DNA of 64,000 bases from an uncultured Eubacteriales bacterium (GTDB taxonomy: Bacteria > Bacillota > Clostridia > Christensenellales > CAG-138), in contig CADCJW010000001.1 of the NCBI GenBank assembly GCA_902801845.1, positions 16,376 to 80,375 on the forward strand. Direction: 5' to 3'. How positions within the stretch are numbered: the first letter of the stretch is position 1; each line of letters opens with the position of its first letter. This document shows, piece after piece, positions 1 through 8,178 of this stretch. A program made the position numbers and the translations under genes. The notes under the pieces are model-generated. The model was given only the letters and a program-made list of their open reading frames with translations. It was not told the DNA's origin and did not search any database.

Positions 1-811
1 GATCATAGTTCAGCTTCCCCATCGCATAGGGCACCAGCTCGTCCGCTGTGCCGTGGATGAAGAGGAAGGGGAGATGGGTCCTGTCAAAAGCATCCTGACA
101 GTTGGTGGCGGTGATGGAGTATCCGGCCAGAAGCCTGGCCCACAGATCCATGGCGGGCAGCATGGGGAAGACCGGGACCTTGTAGGATTGGGTGAGGGCC
201 GTGGCAATCACGTCCCTGGGGGAATAGTAAGCGGAATCGGCGATGATGCCCTTTGTGTTTGCGGGCAGATCGAGGCCGGAGGCCATGATGACCGTGGCCC
301 CGCCCATGCTTTGCCCATAGAGGAAGAGGGGCAGATCGGGGTGTTTCTCCGCCAAAAGCTGGGCCCAGGCCCCGATATCGCACCGCTCCTTGACGCCAAA
401 GGTGATATACTTGCCCTCGCTCTTTCGATGGGCGCGCATGTAGGGATAGAGGACGGTGTAGCCGCTTTCATAGAGGTGCTTGGCCACCAAAGCGAACTCT
501 CGGGCGGGCCAGGACCTAAACCCATGGACAGCCACGATAAGGCCGATAGGGTTTTCCGCTTCGATCAGCTCCGCCGCCAAAGAAAGGCCGTCCTTGCTTT
601 TGATATGGAGTTCCGTCTTCGGCTTGCTCTCGAACCAGTCCACGCCCAGCTGCATCCGATCTCGAAAGCGATATCGACCGGAGGGGACCACGGTGCTGGC
701 CCGAAAGAGCTCGGTACGGTCCCGGCGGGTGCCGCCCCGCAAAAAGGCATACAAGCTGGCGGACATGACAAAAAGGAGCAGCAGTAACACTGCGATCAGA
801 GCATAAATCAT
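1..811 (-). CDS. alpha/beta-fold hydrolase (esterase/lipase-like), 3' end cut by the window edge
   Basis: Absent from the ORF track because it runs off the left edge. My translation from the ATG at 811-809 gives MIYALIAVLLLLLFVMSASLYAF (TM) ... VAVHGFRSW ... LFLYGQSMGGATVIMASG (GxSxG nucleophile elbow) ... LFIHGTADELVP. It replaces the + strand ORF 53..787. Confidence 0.75.
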   Translation of the reverse strand, partial: MIYALIAVLLLLLFVMSASLYAFLRGGTRRDRTELFRASTVVPSGRYRFRDRMQLGVDWFESKPKTELHIKSKDGLSLAAELIEAENPIGLIVAVHGFRSWPAREFALVAKHLYESGYTVLYPYMRAHRKSEGKYITFGVKERCDIGAWAQLLAEKHPDLPLFLYGQSMGGATVIMASGLDLPANTKGIIADSAYYSPRDVIATALTQSYKVPVFPMLPAMDLWARLLAGYSITATNCQDAFDRTHLPFLFIHGTADELVPYAMGKLNYD

Positions 812-937
812 AGAAACCTCAAATACACACGATGCTTTACTATACCACAGTTTTTACCATTTTCAAAGAGAAATCTTTTGATTCTTGACGATAGGTGGTT
901 TCTTGGGTACAATCAAAAGAAAAAACGGAGGCGCAGC

Positions 938-2062
938 ATGGCTTTTCTCCCTGAAAACACAAAAAAACTGGGCTTCGGCCTCATGCGGCTGCCCGTGCTG
1001 GACGGCAAGGACGATCGCATCGATCTTGACCAGGTCGCCCGGATGGCCGATCATTTCTTGGAACAGGGGTTCACCTATTTTGATACGGCCTATCCCTATC
1101 ATAACGGCTTCTCCGAACGAGCGGTCAAGAGCGTGTTGGTGGACCGCCATCCCCGGGACAGCTTCCTGCTGGCCGACAAGATGCCCATCTTCCGCATCAC
1201 GGAGGAGAAGGACGCGCCCATCCTCTTTGAGGAGCAGCTGGAGCGGACCGGCGCCGGGTACTTCGATTTTTATCTGCTCCACGCCATGGGGGCGGATCGC
1301 ATGAAGACCGTACGGGACTGCAAGGTGTGGCAATACCTGCTTCAGGAGAAGGCGCGGGGCCGTATCCGCCGATTGGGGTTTTCCTTCCATGATTCGCCTG
1401 AGGTGCTGGATAGCATGCTGACGGAGCTTCCCGAAGCCGAGTTCGTTCAGCTGCAGATCAACTATGCTGACTGGGAGGATGGGGAGGTGCAATCTCGCCG
1501 CTGCTATGAGGTCGCCCAAAAATATGGGAAACCGGTGATCGTCATGGAGCCTGTTCGCGGCGGGAGCCTGGCCTCTGAAAAAGCGGTCTGCGCGCCGCTT
1601 TTGAAGGAGGCAGATCCTGAAACATCTCTGGCTTCCTGGGCGCTTCGATTCGTAGCCAGCCTTCCGGGGGTGGCCATGATCCTTTCCGGCATGTCCAATC
1701 TGGAGCAGGTGCAGCAGAATACGGCTCTGTTTGACGATATGAAGCCGTTGTCCGAAAAGGAGGAGGCTATCCTGGTGAAAGCGGCCGAAATGCTTCGCTC
1801 GGCCGGCACCATCCCCTGCACCGGCTGCAGGTACTGCGTGGAGGGGTGCCCGGTAAAGATTGACATCCCGGATATCCTGGACCTGCTGAACGAATACGCT
1901 CGCTTTGGGTCGCTGCAGAGCGCCAAACGGAGCTATGGCTTCAGGACAAGGGGGAAGGGGGTTGCCTCCGCTTGTGTCGAATGCGGGCAATGTTTGGACG
2001 TGTGTCCACAGCATATCGAGTCGGCGGTGCATATGGCAAAAGCGGCGGAGCTGTTTGAATAA
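938..2062 (+). CDS. aldo/keto reductase with C-terminal 2x[4Fe-4S] ferredoxin-type domain
   Basis: LGFGLMRLP and FDTAYPYHNG are AKR motifs. The C-terminus carries CTGCRYCVEGCP and CVECGQCLDVCP. Start moved to the ATG at 938 (MAFLPEN), which follows AAACGGAGG. Confidence 0.85.
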   Translation: MAFLPENTKKLGFGLMRLPVLDGKDDRIDLDQVARMADHFLEQGFTYFDTAYPYHNGFSERAVKSVLVDRHPRDSFLLADKMPIFRITEEKDAPILFEEQLERTGAGYFDFYLLHAMGADRMKTVRDCKVWQYLLQEKARGRIRRLGFSFHDSPEVLDSMLTELPEAEFVQLQINYADWEDGEVQSRRCYEVAQKYGKPVIVMEPVRGGSLASEKAVCAPLLKEADPETSLASWALRFVASLPGVAMILSGMSNLEQVQQNTALFDDMKPLSEKEEAILVKAAEMLRSAGTIPCTGCRYCVEGCPVKIDIPDILDLLNEYARFGSLQSAKRSYGFRTRGKGVASACVECGQCLDVCPQHIESAVHMAKAAELFE

Positions 2063-2063
2063 T

Positions 2064-2164
2064 TGGGGATGTAGGGACTCGAATTCGCGCCTGCGGGCTT
2101 GGTCGGGATGCGGCTCTGGAGCGCTACCGGCGCTCCATTCACTACCGCATCCGTTCGAGTCCCT
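2064..2164 (-). repeat. tRNA-Val-derived palindromic module: 20-nt sense copy of the tRNA 3' segment plus inverted arm and nested hairpins
   Basis: 2064..2083 is identical to 2219..2238 (tRNA-Val T-loop to discriminator). An 11-bp stem pairs 2073-2083 with 2154-2164. Inner helices are GGATGCGG/CCGCATCC and GGAGCGC/GCGCTCC. It does not fold as a cloverleaf. Confidence 0.6.
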
Positions 2165-2180
2165 TTATTACTCTCATACC

Positions 2181-2207
2181 AAAGAAAAAGCCACCCAAAT
2201 GGGTGGC
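2181..2207 (-). terminator. intrinsic terminator of the tRNA-Val unit
   Basis: Minus-strand GCCACCC-ATTT-GGGTGGC followed by TTTTTCTTT, starting 9 nt after the tRNA 3' end. Confidence 0.8.
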
Positions 2208-2215
2208 TATTTCTT

Positions 2216-2292
2216 TGGTGGGGATGTAGGGACTCGAACCCTAGACCTCTGCGATGTGAACACAGCGCTCTAACCAGCTGAGCTACATCCCC
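2216..2292 (-). tRNA. tRNA-Val (anticodon CAC), CCA encoded
   Basis: Reverse complement GGGGATGTAGCTCAGCTGGTTAGAGCGCTGTGTTCACATCGCAGAGGTCTAGGGTTCGAGTCCCTACATCCCCACCA folds as a cloverleaf. The anticodon loop is TTCACAT. Confidence 0.93.
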
Positions 2293-2305
2293 AAGCGCAA
2301 GTAGG

Positions 2306-2334
2306 ATTATACAGCATCACTTCAAAATTTGCAA
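2306..2334 (-). promoter_or_regulatory. sigma-A-type promoter for tRNA-Val
   Basis: Minus-strand TTGCAA, 17 nt, TATAAT. The -10 ends 13 nt upstream of the tRNA 5' end. Confidence 0.7.
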
Positions 2335-2415
2335 GTCCTTTTTTTGAAATTGATTCGCTCTTGTTTCAAGCGGATACCTATGGTATGATTTTTCCACAGA
2401 AAAAGGAGGGCGTTC

Positions 2416-3654
2416 ATGATGAAAATAAAGGATATCAAACAGATTTTGAAAGACACGGCCTATCCGCATACGGCGGCGAGCCCCGAGGAAATGAAGTGCC
2501 TCACCTATCTAAAGCAAAGGTGCGAATCGATCGGCCTTTCCACCTGCGTGGAGAGCTTTTCCATCGAGCGAGCGAAGATCCATTCGGCCTCTTTGACGGT
2601 GGATGGGAAGGCGTATCCCTGCAAGGCCTATATCGGCTGCGGCAGCGGAACGGTGGAAGGACCGCTCTATTATCTCAGGAATACGGACGATCTTTCCTTT
2701 TCCCAGTGTAAGGATCATATCGTGCTCACGGACCAGCCCTTGAACATGTGGAACTATCAAGACATGCTGAAAAACGGGGCTTTGGGCTTCATCACCTTCA
2801 CCGGCCGGTACAGCTGCCCCGATCGGGATATCGACCAAAAGACGCTGCGTCCTGCCACCAGCCAGGGAAAGATCGTTCTGGGTGTCAATATCAATGTGAA
2901 GGACGCCATGCAGATCGTGGCGAAAAACGGTCAGCATGCCTGTATTGAGATCCAGCAGGAATCCTACCAGGCGGACGCCCACAACCTTATTGCGGAACTC
3001 CCCGGCGAAATCGACGAGTGGGTCGTGCTCACCGCCCATTACGATTCCACGCCCCTGTCCTGCGGCAGCTATGACAACATGACCGGCTCCATCGGTATAC
3101 TGGGCGTGGCGGAGCGGTTTGTGAAAGCTCCACACCGTCGTGGCCTGCGGTTCATCTGGTGCGGCGGGGAGGAGCTGGGCCTTTTGGGCTCCAAGGCCTA
3201 CTGTGCCGACCATGAGGGGGAATTGGAAAAAGTGGTGCTGAACATCAACCTGGACATGATCGGCAGTATCATGGGCAAGTTCATCGCCTGCTGCTCCGCA
3301 GAGGAGCGGCTTGTATCTTTCCTCGAATACACTGCGGATGAGCTTGGATTTCCCATCGCCGCTCGCAGCGGGGTCTATTCCAGCGATTCTACCCCCTTCG
3401 CGGACAAAGGGGTGCCCAGCCTCTCCTTTGCTCGGATCGCGCCGCCTACGGCCGGCTCCATCCACGAGCGGTACGATACGCCGGCCATCGTCTCTGCGGA
3501 GCAGGTCCTGATCGACACGGAGTTTATCGCCGGATTCACCGGCCGCATGGCCAACGCCGTCCGCTGCCCGGTGAAGCGGGAGATCCCCGAGAAGATCAAG
3601 GACAAGCTGGACGTCTATCTGAATCGCAAACGGGCGCCGAAACAACAGGATTGA
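2416..3654 (+). CDS. M28 family metallo-aminopeptidase
   Basis: TAHYDS, DNMTGS, GGEELGLLGSKAY and NLDMIGS zinc-ligand motifs. AAGGAGG RBS upstream. Confidence 0.85.
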   Translation: MMKIKDIKQILKDTAYPHTAASPEEMKCLTYLKQRCESIGLSTCVESFSIERAKIHSASLTVDGKAYPCKAYIGCGSGTVEGPLYYLRNTDDLSFSQCKDHIVLTDQPLNMWNYQDMLKNGALGFITFTGRYSCPDRDIDQKTLRPATSQGKIVLGVNINVKDAMQIVAKNGQHACIEIQQESYQADAHNLIAELPGEIDEWVVLTAHYDSTPLSCGSYDNMTGSIGILGVAERFVKAPHRRGLRFIWCGGEELGLLGSKAYCADHEGELEKVVLNINLDMIGSIMGKFIACCSAEERLVSFLEYTADELGFPIAARSGVYSSDSTPFADKGVPSLSFARIAPPTAGSIHERYDTPAIVSAEQVLIDTEFIAGFTGRMANAVRCPVKREIPEKIKDKLDVYLNRKRAPKQQD

Positions 3655-3675
3655 ACCCGAGCGAGAAGACACATA

Positions 3676-3703
3676 AAAACGGACGGGATCACCGTCCGTT
3701 TTA
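3676..3703. terminator. bidirectional intrinsic terminator
   Basis: AACGGACGG-GATCA-CCGTCCGTT flanked by an A-tract and a T-tract, between convergent genes. Confidence 0.7.
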
Positions 3704-3716
3704 CTATGCAAAAGCT

Positions 3717-4025
3717 TTATTCCTCCGGATAATCCTCCTCATACTGAGGACGGGCCTTGTGCTTCTTCTTTTTGCCTTTTTTGCCGTAGAACAGCTTCCA
3801 GGTGCAGATGAGGAAAAAGATTCCCAAGAGCAGCGCGAGGGCGGCGACGATCACGTCCAGATATCGGGTGACGAAGACCTGATCGCCCAAAAAGTGGAGC
3901 ATGGGATTGAATCCGTCCAAAATATAAAAGAGGATGTATACAACCGAGAGCACGATGGTCGCGTTGGCGACGATGGTGGAAATAAGTGTAAACCAACGGG
4001 GCAGAGCTTTTTTCTTTTTCTTCAT
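3717..4025 (-). CDS. small membrane protein with Lys-rich termini, function unknown
   Basis: 102-aa ORF with two clear hydrophobic spans. It starts 3 nt after the stop of the upstream gene, so it is probably co-transcribed. Confidence 0.55.
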   Translation of the reverse strand: MKKKKKALPRWFTLISTIVANATIVLSVVYILFYILDGFNPMLHFLGDQVFVTRYLDVIVAALALLLGIFFLICTWKLFYGKKGKKKKHKARPQYEEDYPEE

Positions 4026-4027
4026 GG

Positions 4028-5242
4028 TCAGTTTTCCTTTCCGCTTTCGACAATATAAACGATATCGCTTGTCTCACGTCCGTTGAGACCGTAGGAGTTT
4101 CCGTTGAAATACATGGCCGAGGAAGCGCCGCCGTCCATGTTATAAGCGGCCGCCATGCCCATATCGGCGCAGAGGATGGAAAGCTCGGACAGGGAAAGGC
4201 CCCTGTTTTTGCCGCGGCCATCCACGGTGATGAAGCAATAATGCCCGGGTTCATAGTAGCCGATCAGCGTCCGGGGGTTGGCGTCAAAGACGCTCTTGCT
4301 CATGGTGAACTTCTCCTTGGCCTCCCCGTTCGGCCCCAATAGAGCGGGCCCGAAATACCACATCTGCAGCGGCTCACGGGCGACGATGCTGTCGTGGTCC
4401 ACGGCTTGAGAGGAGATGTCCACGGTCTCCATCACACCGTCCGCATACAGGATGCACAGATCGCTGGTCAGCTTGTCATAGCGCTTGATCTCGATGCCGT
4501 TGCGATAGAACCAGCCGTGGCTGTTGGCGTAGGCGTTGAGGAAGTAGTCGGTGTTCACCCCCAGGATGCCGTTGTTGGCCAGGCACATCTCCTTGACCTT
4601 CCCGGTCTCGGAGGCCTTGGTGGCATAGGCGGTCCTCAAACTGCTGATGTCCTGGATATAGATGTCGGCCACCGTATAGGTCACCTTGTCGCGCATGCCG
4701 TCCCGAAGCTCTGCGCCGCAATTCGGGCAGGTGCCCGGCGCGTCGGAGAATTGCTTGCACTTGCTGCAGAAATACTTGGTGCAAGCGGACAACTCGATAG
4801 CCACGTCCGGGGCACGATACTCCGTGGCGGTGGAGACGAGGGTGTCGCTGAACTTCTCCGCAAACTTGCCTTTCAACAGGCCCTTAGGCTCGGGGGTCGG
4901 TTCGGGCGTAGGCTCAGGCGTGGGCTCCGGCGTTTCCGTGGGCGCAGGCGTCTCCATCGGTGCATCCGTCGCTTCTTCAGTCTCGGTAGACGCGTCGGGT
5001 TCCGTCGTGGCGGGGGCGTCTGTGGGCGCGGGCGTAGCCGTAGGCGCGTCGGTAGGCGCCGGTGTGTCCGTAGCCTTCGCTTCGATGACGGGGGCTTCGG
5101 GAAGATCCGGGAGTTCGATCTCCACCGGTTTCCAGGGGAAGAAGTGGAACACCTGGGCGCAGATCAGATAGGACAGCACACAAAAGCCCAGCAGGTCAAA
5201 GATGACCATGCGCAGGATCCTTTTTTTACCGGTCTTTTTCAT
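4028..5242 (-). CDS. phosphodiester glycosidase family protein (DUF2233/NAGPA-like), membrane-anchored
   Basis: N-terminal TM segment, a Pro/Thr/Glu-rich linker, and a CxxC...CxxC ribbon (CSKCKQF...CPNCGAEL). The C-terminal domain has NTDYF, NPRTLIGY..FITVDGR and AYNMDGGASS. Confidence 0.75.
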   Translation of the reverse strand: MKKTGKKRILRMVIFDLLGFCVLSYLICAQVFHFFPWKPVEIELPDLPEAPVIEAKATDTPAPTDAPTATPAPTDAPATTEPDASTETEEATDAPMETPAPTETPEPTPEPTPEPTPEPKGLLKGKFAEKFSDTLVSTATEYRAPDVAIELSACTKYFCSKCKQFSDAPGTCPNCGAELRDGMRDKVTYTVADIYIQDISSLRTAYATKASETGKVKEMCLANNGILGVNTDYFLNAYANSHGWFYRNGIEIKRYDKLTSDLCILYADGVMETVDISSQAVDHDSIVAREPLQMWYFGPALLGPNGEAKEKFTMSKSVFDANPRTLIGYYEPGHYCFITVDGRGKNRGLSLSELSILCADMGMAAAYNMDGGASSAMYFNGNSYGLNGRETSDIVYIVESGKEN

Positions 5243-6288
5243 TGGACAGTTTTATCCTTCACAAACACGAATTTACGCTGGAGCACGAAGCTCATGGGGT
5301 AGACGATCAGCTGCACGATGATGTAGGCCAGCCACTTGGGCACGCCGCAAAGCATCGTGAACAGGTACAACAGCCCGTAGTGGATGCCGAAGATGAACAC
5401 CGCCAGCACCACATACCGCAGGAAGCTGGTTTTGTTGTCCGTCTCGAACACCATCCGCTTGTTGAGCCAATAGTTCAAAACGGAACTGAGGATCCTGGAA
5501 ACGGCAGTGGAGAATATGAGCGACACGGCCCAGCTTTTGGTGAGCCAGGAGAGGAACAGGAAGAGGACGTATTCGAACAGGAAGCTAAGCAGGGAGGAGC
5601 TGACGAACATCAGGATCATCTTATAGATGCGCCAGCCGTCCCTAAGGGCCCGAAAATGGGAGGAAGCATTGTCCTCGATGTACACGGTCTCGATGGGTAC
5701 CTCAACGATGGGGATCATCTCCCGGCAGCAGTAGAGGAGCTGACTGATCTCATATTCGTATCGATCTCCTTTCAGGGAAAGCATCCGGGGGATGTTGTCC
5801 CGGGAGAAGGCCCGAAGGCCCGTCTGGGTATCGTAGACCTTTACGCCGGTGGAGATAGCGAACACGAACCGGGTGATGGCGTTGCCGGCCCGGCTCTTGA
5901 AGGGCACGTTGCCCGTGAACCGGCGGGAGCCGGTGACCAGGGCGTCCCGATGGGAGCGGAAGGCTTCCGCCACCCGGAGCACGTCGTCCGGCAGATGCTG
6001 GCCGTCCGCGTCTACGGTGATCACACCCTCGGCGTCGGGGCAGTGGTCATAGATGTATTGAAAGGCTGTCTTCATGGCAGCGCCCTTGCCCCGATTCACC
6101 TCGTGGTGCAGCACGGTGACAAGGGGAAGGTCGCTCAGAGCAGCAAAAATAGGCTGACAGTCCGCACGGCTGCCGTCGTCCACGATCACAATGGGAAAGT
6201 TCGTTTTGGAAATCAGCGTATTTACGACACCAGTCAGCTTCTCATCCGGCTGGTATGCGGGTATCACGATCATCATAATTTTGGTCAT
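5239..6288 (-). CDS. family 2 glycosyltransferase fused to a GtrA-like membrane domain
   Basis: VIPAYQPDEKL, VDDGS and VDADGQH (DxD) motifs, with a C-terminal 4-TM GtrA-like region. Start placed at MTKIMMIV because the upstream in-frame Met lies inside the promoter -10. A start at 6276 is also possible. Confidence 0.8.
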   Translation of the reverse strand: MTKIMMIVIPAYQPDEKLTGVVNTLISKTNFPIVIVDDGSRADCQPIFAALSDLPLVTVLHHEVNRGKGAAMKTAFQYIYDHCPDAEGVITVDADGQHLPDDVLRVAEAFRSHRDALVTGSRRFTGNVPFKSRAGNAITRFVFAISTGVKVYDTQTGLRAFSRDNIPRMLSLKGDRYEYEISQLLYCCREMIPIVEVPIETVYIEDNASSHFRALRDGWRIYKMILMFVSSSLLSFLFEYVLFLFLSWLTKSWAVSLIFSTAVSRILSSVLNYWLNKRMVFETDNKTSFLRYVVLAVFIFGIHYGLLYLFTMLCGVPKWLAYIIVQLIVYPMSFVLQRKFVFVKDKTVQ

Positions 6289-6307
6289 TCTCCTAAAAAC
6301 TTGTCCC

Positions 6308-6316
6308 ATTATACCA
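6308..6316 (-). promoter_or_regulatory. extended -10 promoter element (TGGTATAAT) for the GT2 gene
   Basis: Minus-strand TGGTATAAT lies about 20 nt upstream of the AGGAG RBS. Confidence 0.55.
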
Positions 6317-6452
6317 CAGCGAGCGAAAAAAGGAAGAGCAAAAAGCCTGAACTTGTCACGGATTTGTAAACTGTTTGTAATATCGAGGGGATTCGTCTGG
6401 AAAGTGGGGAAGGTAGAGTATATGATGAATGCAACACTAGAGGAGTATATAC

Positions 6453-8114
6453 ATGGCCAGAAACAGAAAAAAATCAAAAAGGATTCAGCTTTATGCCTCC
6501 TTGGCAGCGGTGGCCGTTTTGGCCATCGCTCTCGGCGTTCTGCTGGGAGGGAAGATATCCGGCATCCTGTTTTCAGGGCAGGATCTGTTCGTGGACCAAA
6601 ACCGGCTGCCAGAGGCGACTCCCACCCAGATCCCGGTGACTTTGCCCCCGGTTGAGCAGCAGCTCACCATAGCGCCCCAGCCGGAGACCGCCGTCCCCAG
6701 CACCCCGGCGCCAACGGCGACGCCGGGGCCAACGCCCACATTGGACCCCTATTCCGAATTGGAGCAGGTGGCCGACACTGGCATGATGAACGGCATCGTC
6801 AACATCATGTTTATCGGCGTGGATTATGAGGCGGCGCGGATCGATAAAAACTGGGCAGGGAAGGACGGGAACTCCTTCCATTCCGATGTGATGATCGTCT
6901 GCGCGGTCAACTTCAACGAAAACCGGGTGGATCTTATCTCCCTGCCCCGGGACACCTATGCCGCCATCCCCGGTGTAGACGGGGTATATAAGCTGAACGC
7001 CGCCTTGAACTGCGGGACGGACGGCACGAACTACGGGCTGTTCTGTGAGAACGGGGAGGGATTCGAAAAGGTGTGCGAGGCTGCCGAATGGATGCTGGGC
7101 GGCATCGACGTGGATTACTATTACGCCGTGACCATGGAATCGGTCAAGCAGATCGTGGACATCGTGGGGGGCGTCTGGTATAACCTGGAGGGCAACTTCG
7201 ATAACGGCGGCCGGTATTATAAGGCCGGTTTCCAGTACATGGACGGGCAGGCCTGCCTCGACTATATGCGGGTCCGCAAGGGCGGCCATGGACAGCTGCC
7301 CACGGGCGATAGCAACCGGGTGAATCGTCAAAAGAACATGATGGTCACCATCTTCCGCAAGATGAAGGAGGAGAACATGGTCCTAAAGGTGCCTGAGATC
7401 CTGGCCGCCTTCGATGGGGCCCTGTTCACCAACTGCACGCCGGCGCAGACGGCGGCTTTGGCGCTCTTTGGGTATAAGCTGGACCCAGACAATATCGGCG
7501 CCCACTCCATGGCTGCGGACTCGGCCACGCTGTTCCACTGGAACTTCGTGTTCACCCGCCAGTCCGATCGGGTCAAGCTCATTAAAGAAATTTACGGCGT
7601 GGATGTAAAGACCCATCCCAAGTACTCCCTGGCATACGGGCGGTATACCTGGTGCAAGATGCTCGAAAAACAGTATATGAACATCTGCGACCCGCTCAAA
7701 TCCTATGTGCAAAAGAAGCTGGACGAGGACGAGCAGCTGTCCTCGTCGTCCGAGGGGGAGGGCGATGAATCATCCGAAAGCTATTCAAGGTATTCCTCCT
7801 CAGATCGGGAGCTGTTCTCGGAATACAAGTCAGCTCTGAGGGAGCTGAAGGATCTGTACAGCTCCGCGGACAAGGAGGCGAAGAAGGCGGCCAATCGTAA
7901 GAGCAATTCCTTGAACAGCGTCTCCAATTCCCTGCTGGATCAGATGATCCAGGTGCAGGATCTGGCTATCTCGGTGGCGCAGACCTTCGACTACACCAAG
8001 GTCAAGAACATCAGCAAAACCTGCTACCCCAACCAGACCCATACCAACTCGCCCTGGGCACTGGATTACTGGAACAAAAAGAAGTATAACGCTGTGAAAG
8101 TGAACTTCAACTAA
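6453..8114 (+). CDS. LytR-CpsA-Psr (LCP) family cell-wall glycopolymer transferase with long C-terminal extension
   Basis: N-terminal TM segment, then NIMFIGVD, SDVMIVCAVN and ISLPRDTY. GAGGAG RBS upstream. Confidence 0.85.
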   Translation: MARNRKKSKRIQLYASLAAVAVLAIALGVLLGGKISGILFSGQDLFVDQNRLPEATPTQIPVTLPPVEQQLTIAPQPETAVPSTPAPTATPGPTPTLDPYSELEQVADTGMMNGIVNIMFIGVDYEAARIDKNWAGKDGNSFHSDVMIVCAVNFNENRVDLISLPRDTYAAIPGVDGVYKLNAALNCGTDGTNYGLFCENGEGFEKVCEAAEWMLGGIDVDYYYAVTMESVKQIVDIVGGVWYNLEGNFDNGGRYYKAGFQYMDGQACLDYMRVRKGGHGQLPTGDSNRVNRQKNMMVTIFRKMKEENMVLKVPEILAAFDGALFTNCTPAQTAALALFGYKLDPDNIGAHSMAADSATLFHWNFVFTRQSDRVKLIKEIYGVDVKTHPKYSLAYGRYTWCKMLEKQYMNICDPLKSYVQKKLDEDEQLSSSSEGEGDESSESYSRYSSSDRELFSEYKSALRELKDLYSSADKEAKKAANRKSNSLNSVSNSLLDQMIQVQDLAISVAQTFDYTKVKNISKTCYPNQTHTNSPWALDYWNKKKYNAVKVNFN

Positions 8115-8130
8115 AACTCGATCCAACTGA

Positions 8131-8160
8131 AAAAGCCATCCCTTCTCGGATGGCTTTTTT
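8131..8160. terminator. bidirectional intrinsic terminator
   Basis: AAAA-GCCATCC-CTTCTC-GGATGGC-TTTTTT between the convergent LCP gene and murF. Confidence 0.85.
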
Positions 8161-8178
8161 CATAACCATATGTTCATT

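Noticed and set aside
53-787. 244-aa + strand ORF at the left edge
   Set aside because: It has no recognisable motifs and a Gly/Pro/His-rich composition typical of antisense frames in GC-rich DNA. The minus strand encodes a convincing alpha/beta hydrolase (GQSMGG) over the same span.
2064-2164. Possibility that the Val module is a second tRNA or a plain pseudo-tRNA
   Set aside because: Only the T-loop-to-discriminator segment matches. There is no complementary acceptor 5' strand, no T-stem 5' strand (GCGAA where TAGGG is needed) and no anticodon arm. It is kept as a finding of a different kind.
4886-5074. Short-period GC-rich tandem repeats that could be mistaken for a repeat array
   Set aside because: They are in frame and encode a Pro/Thr/Glu/Ala linker (…TPEPTPEPTPEPTPEP…) in the phosphodiester glycosidase. 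The similar case at 26911..27123 encodes the K/A/T-rich linker of the P60 protein. Neither is CRISPR-like, as there are no unique spacers.
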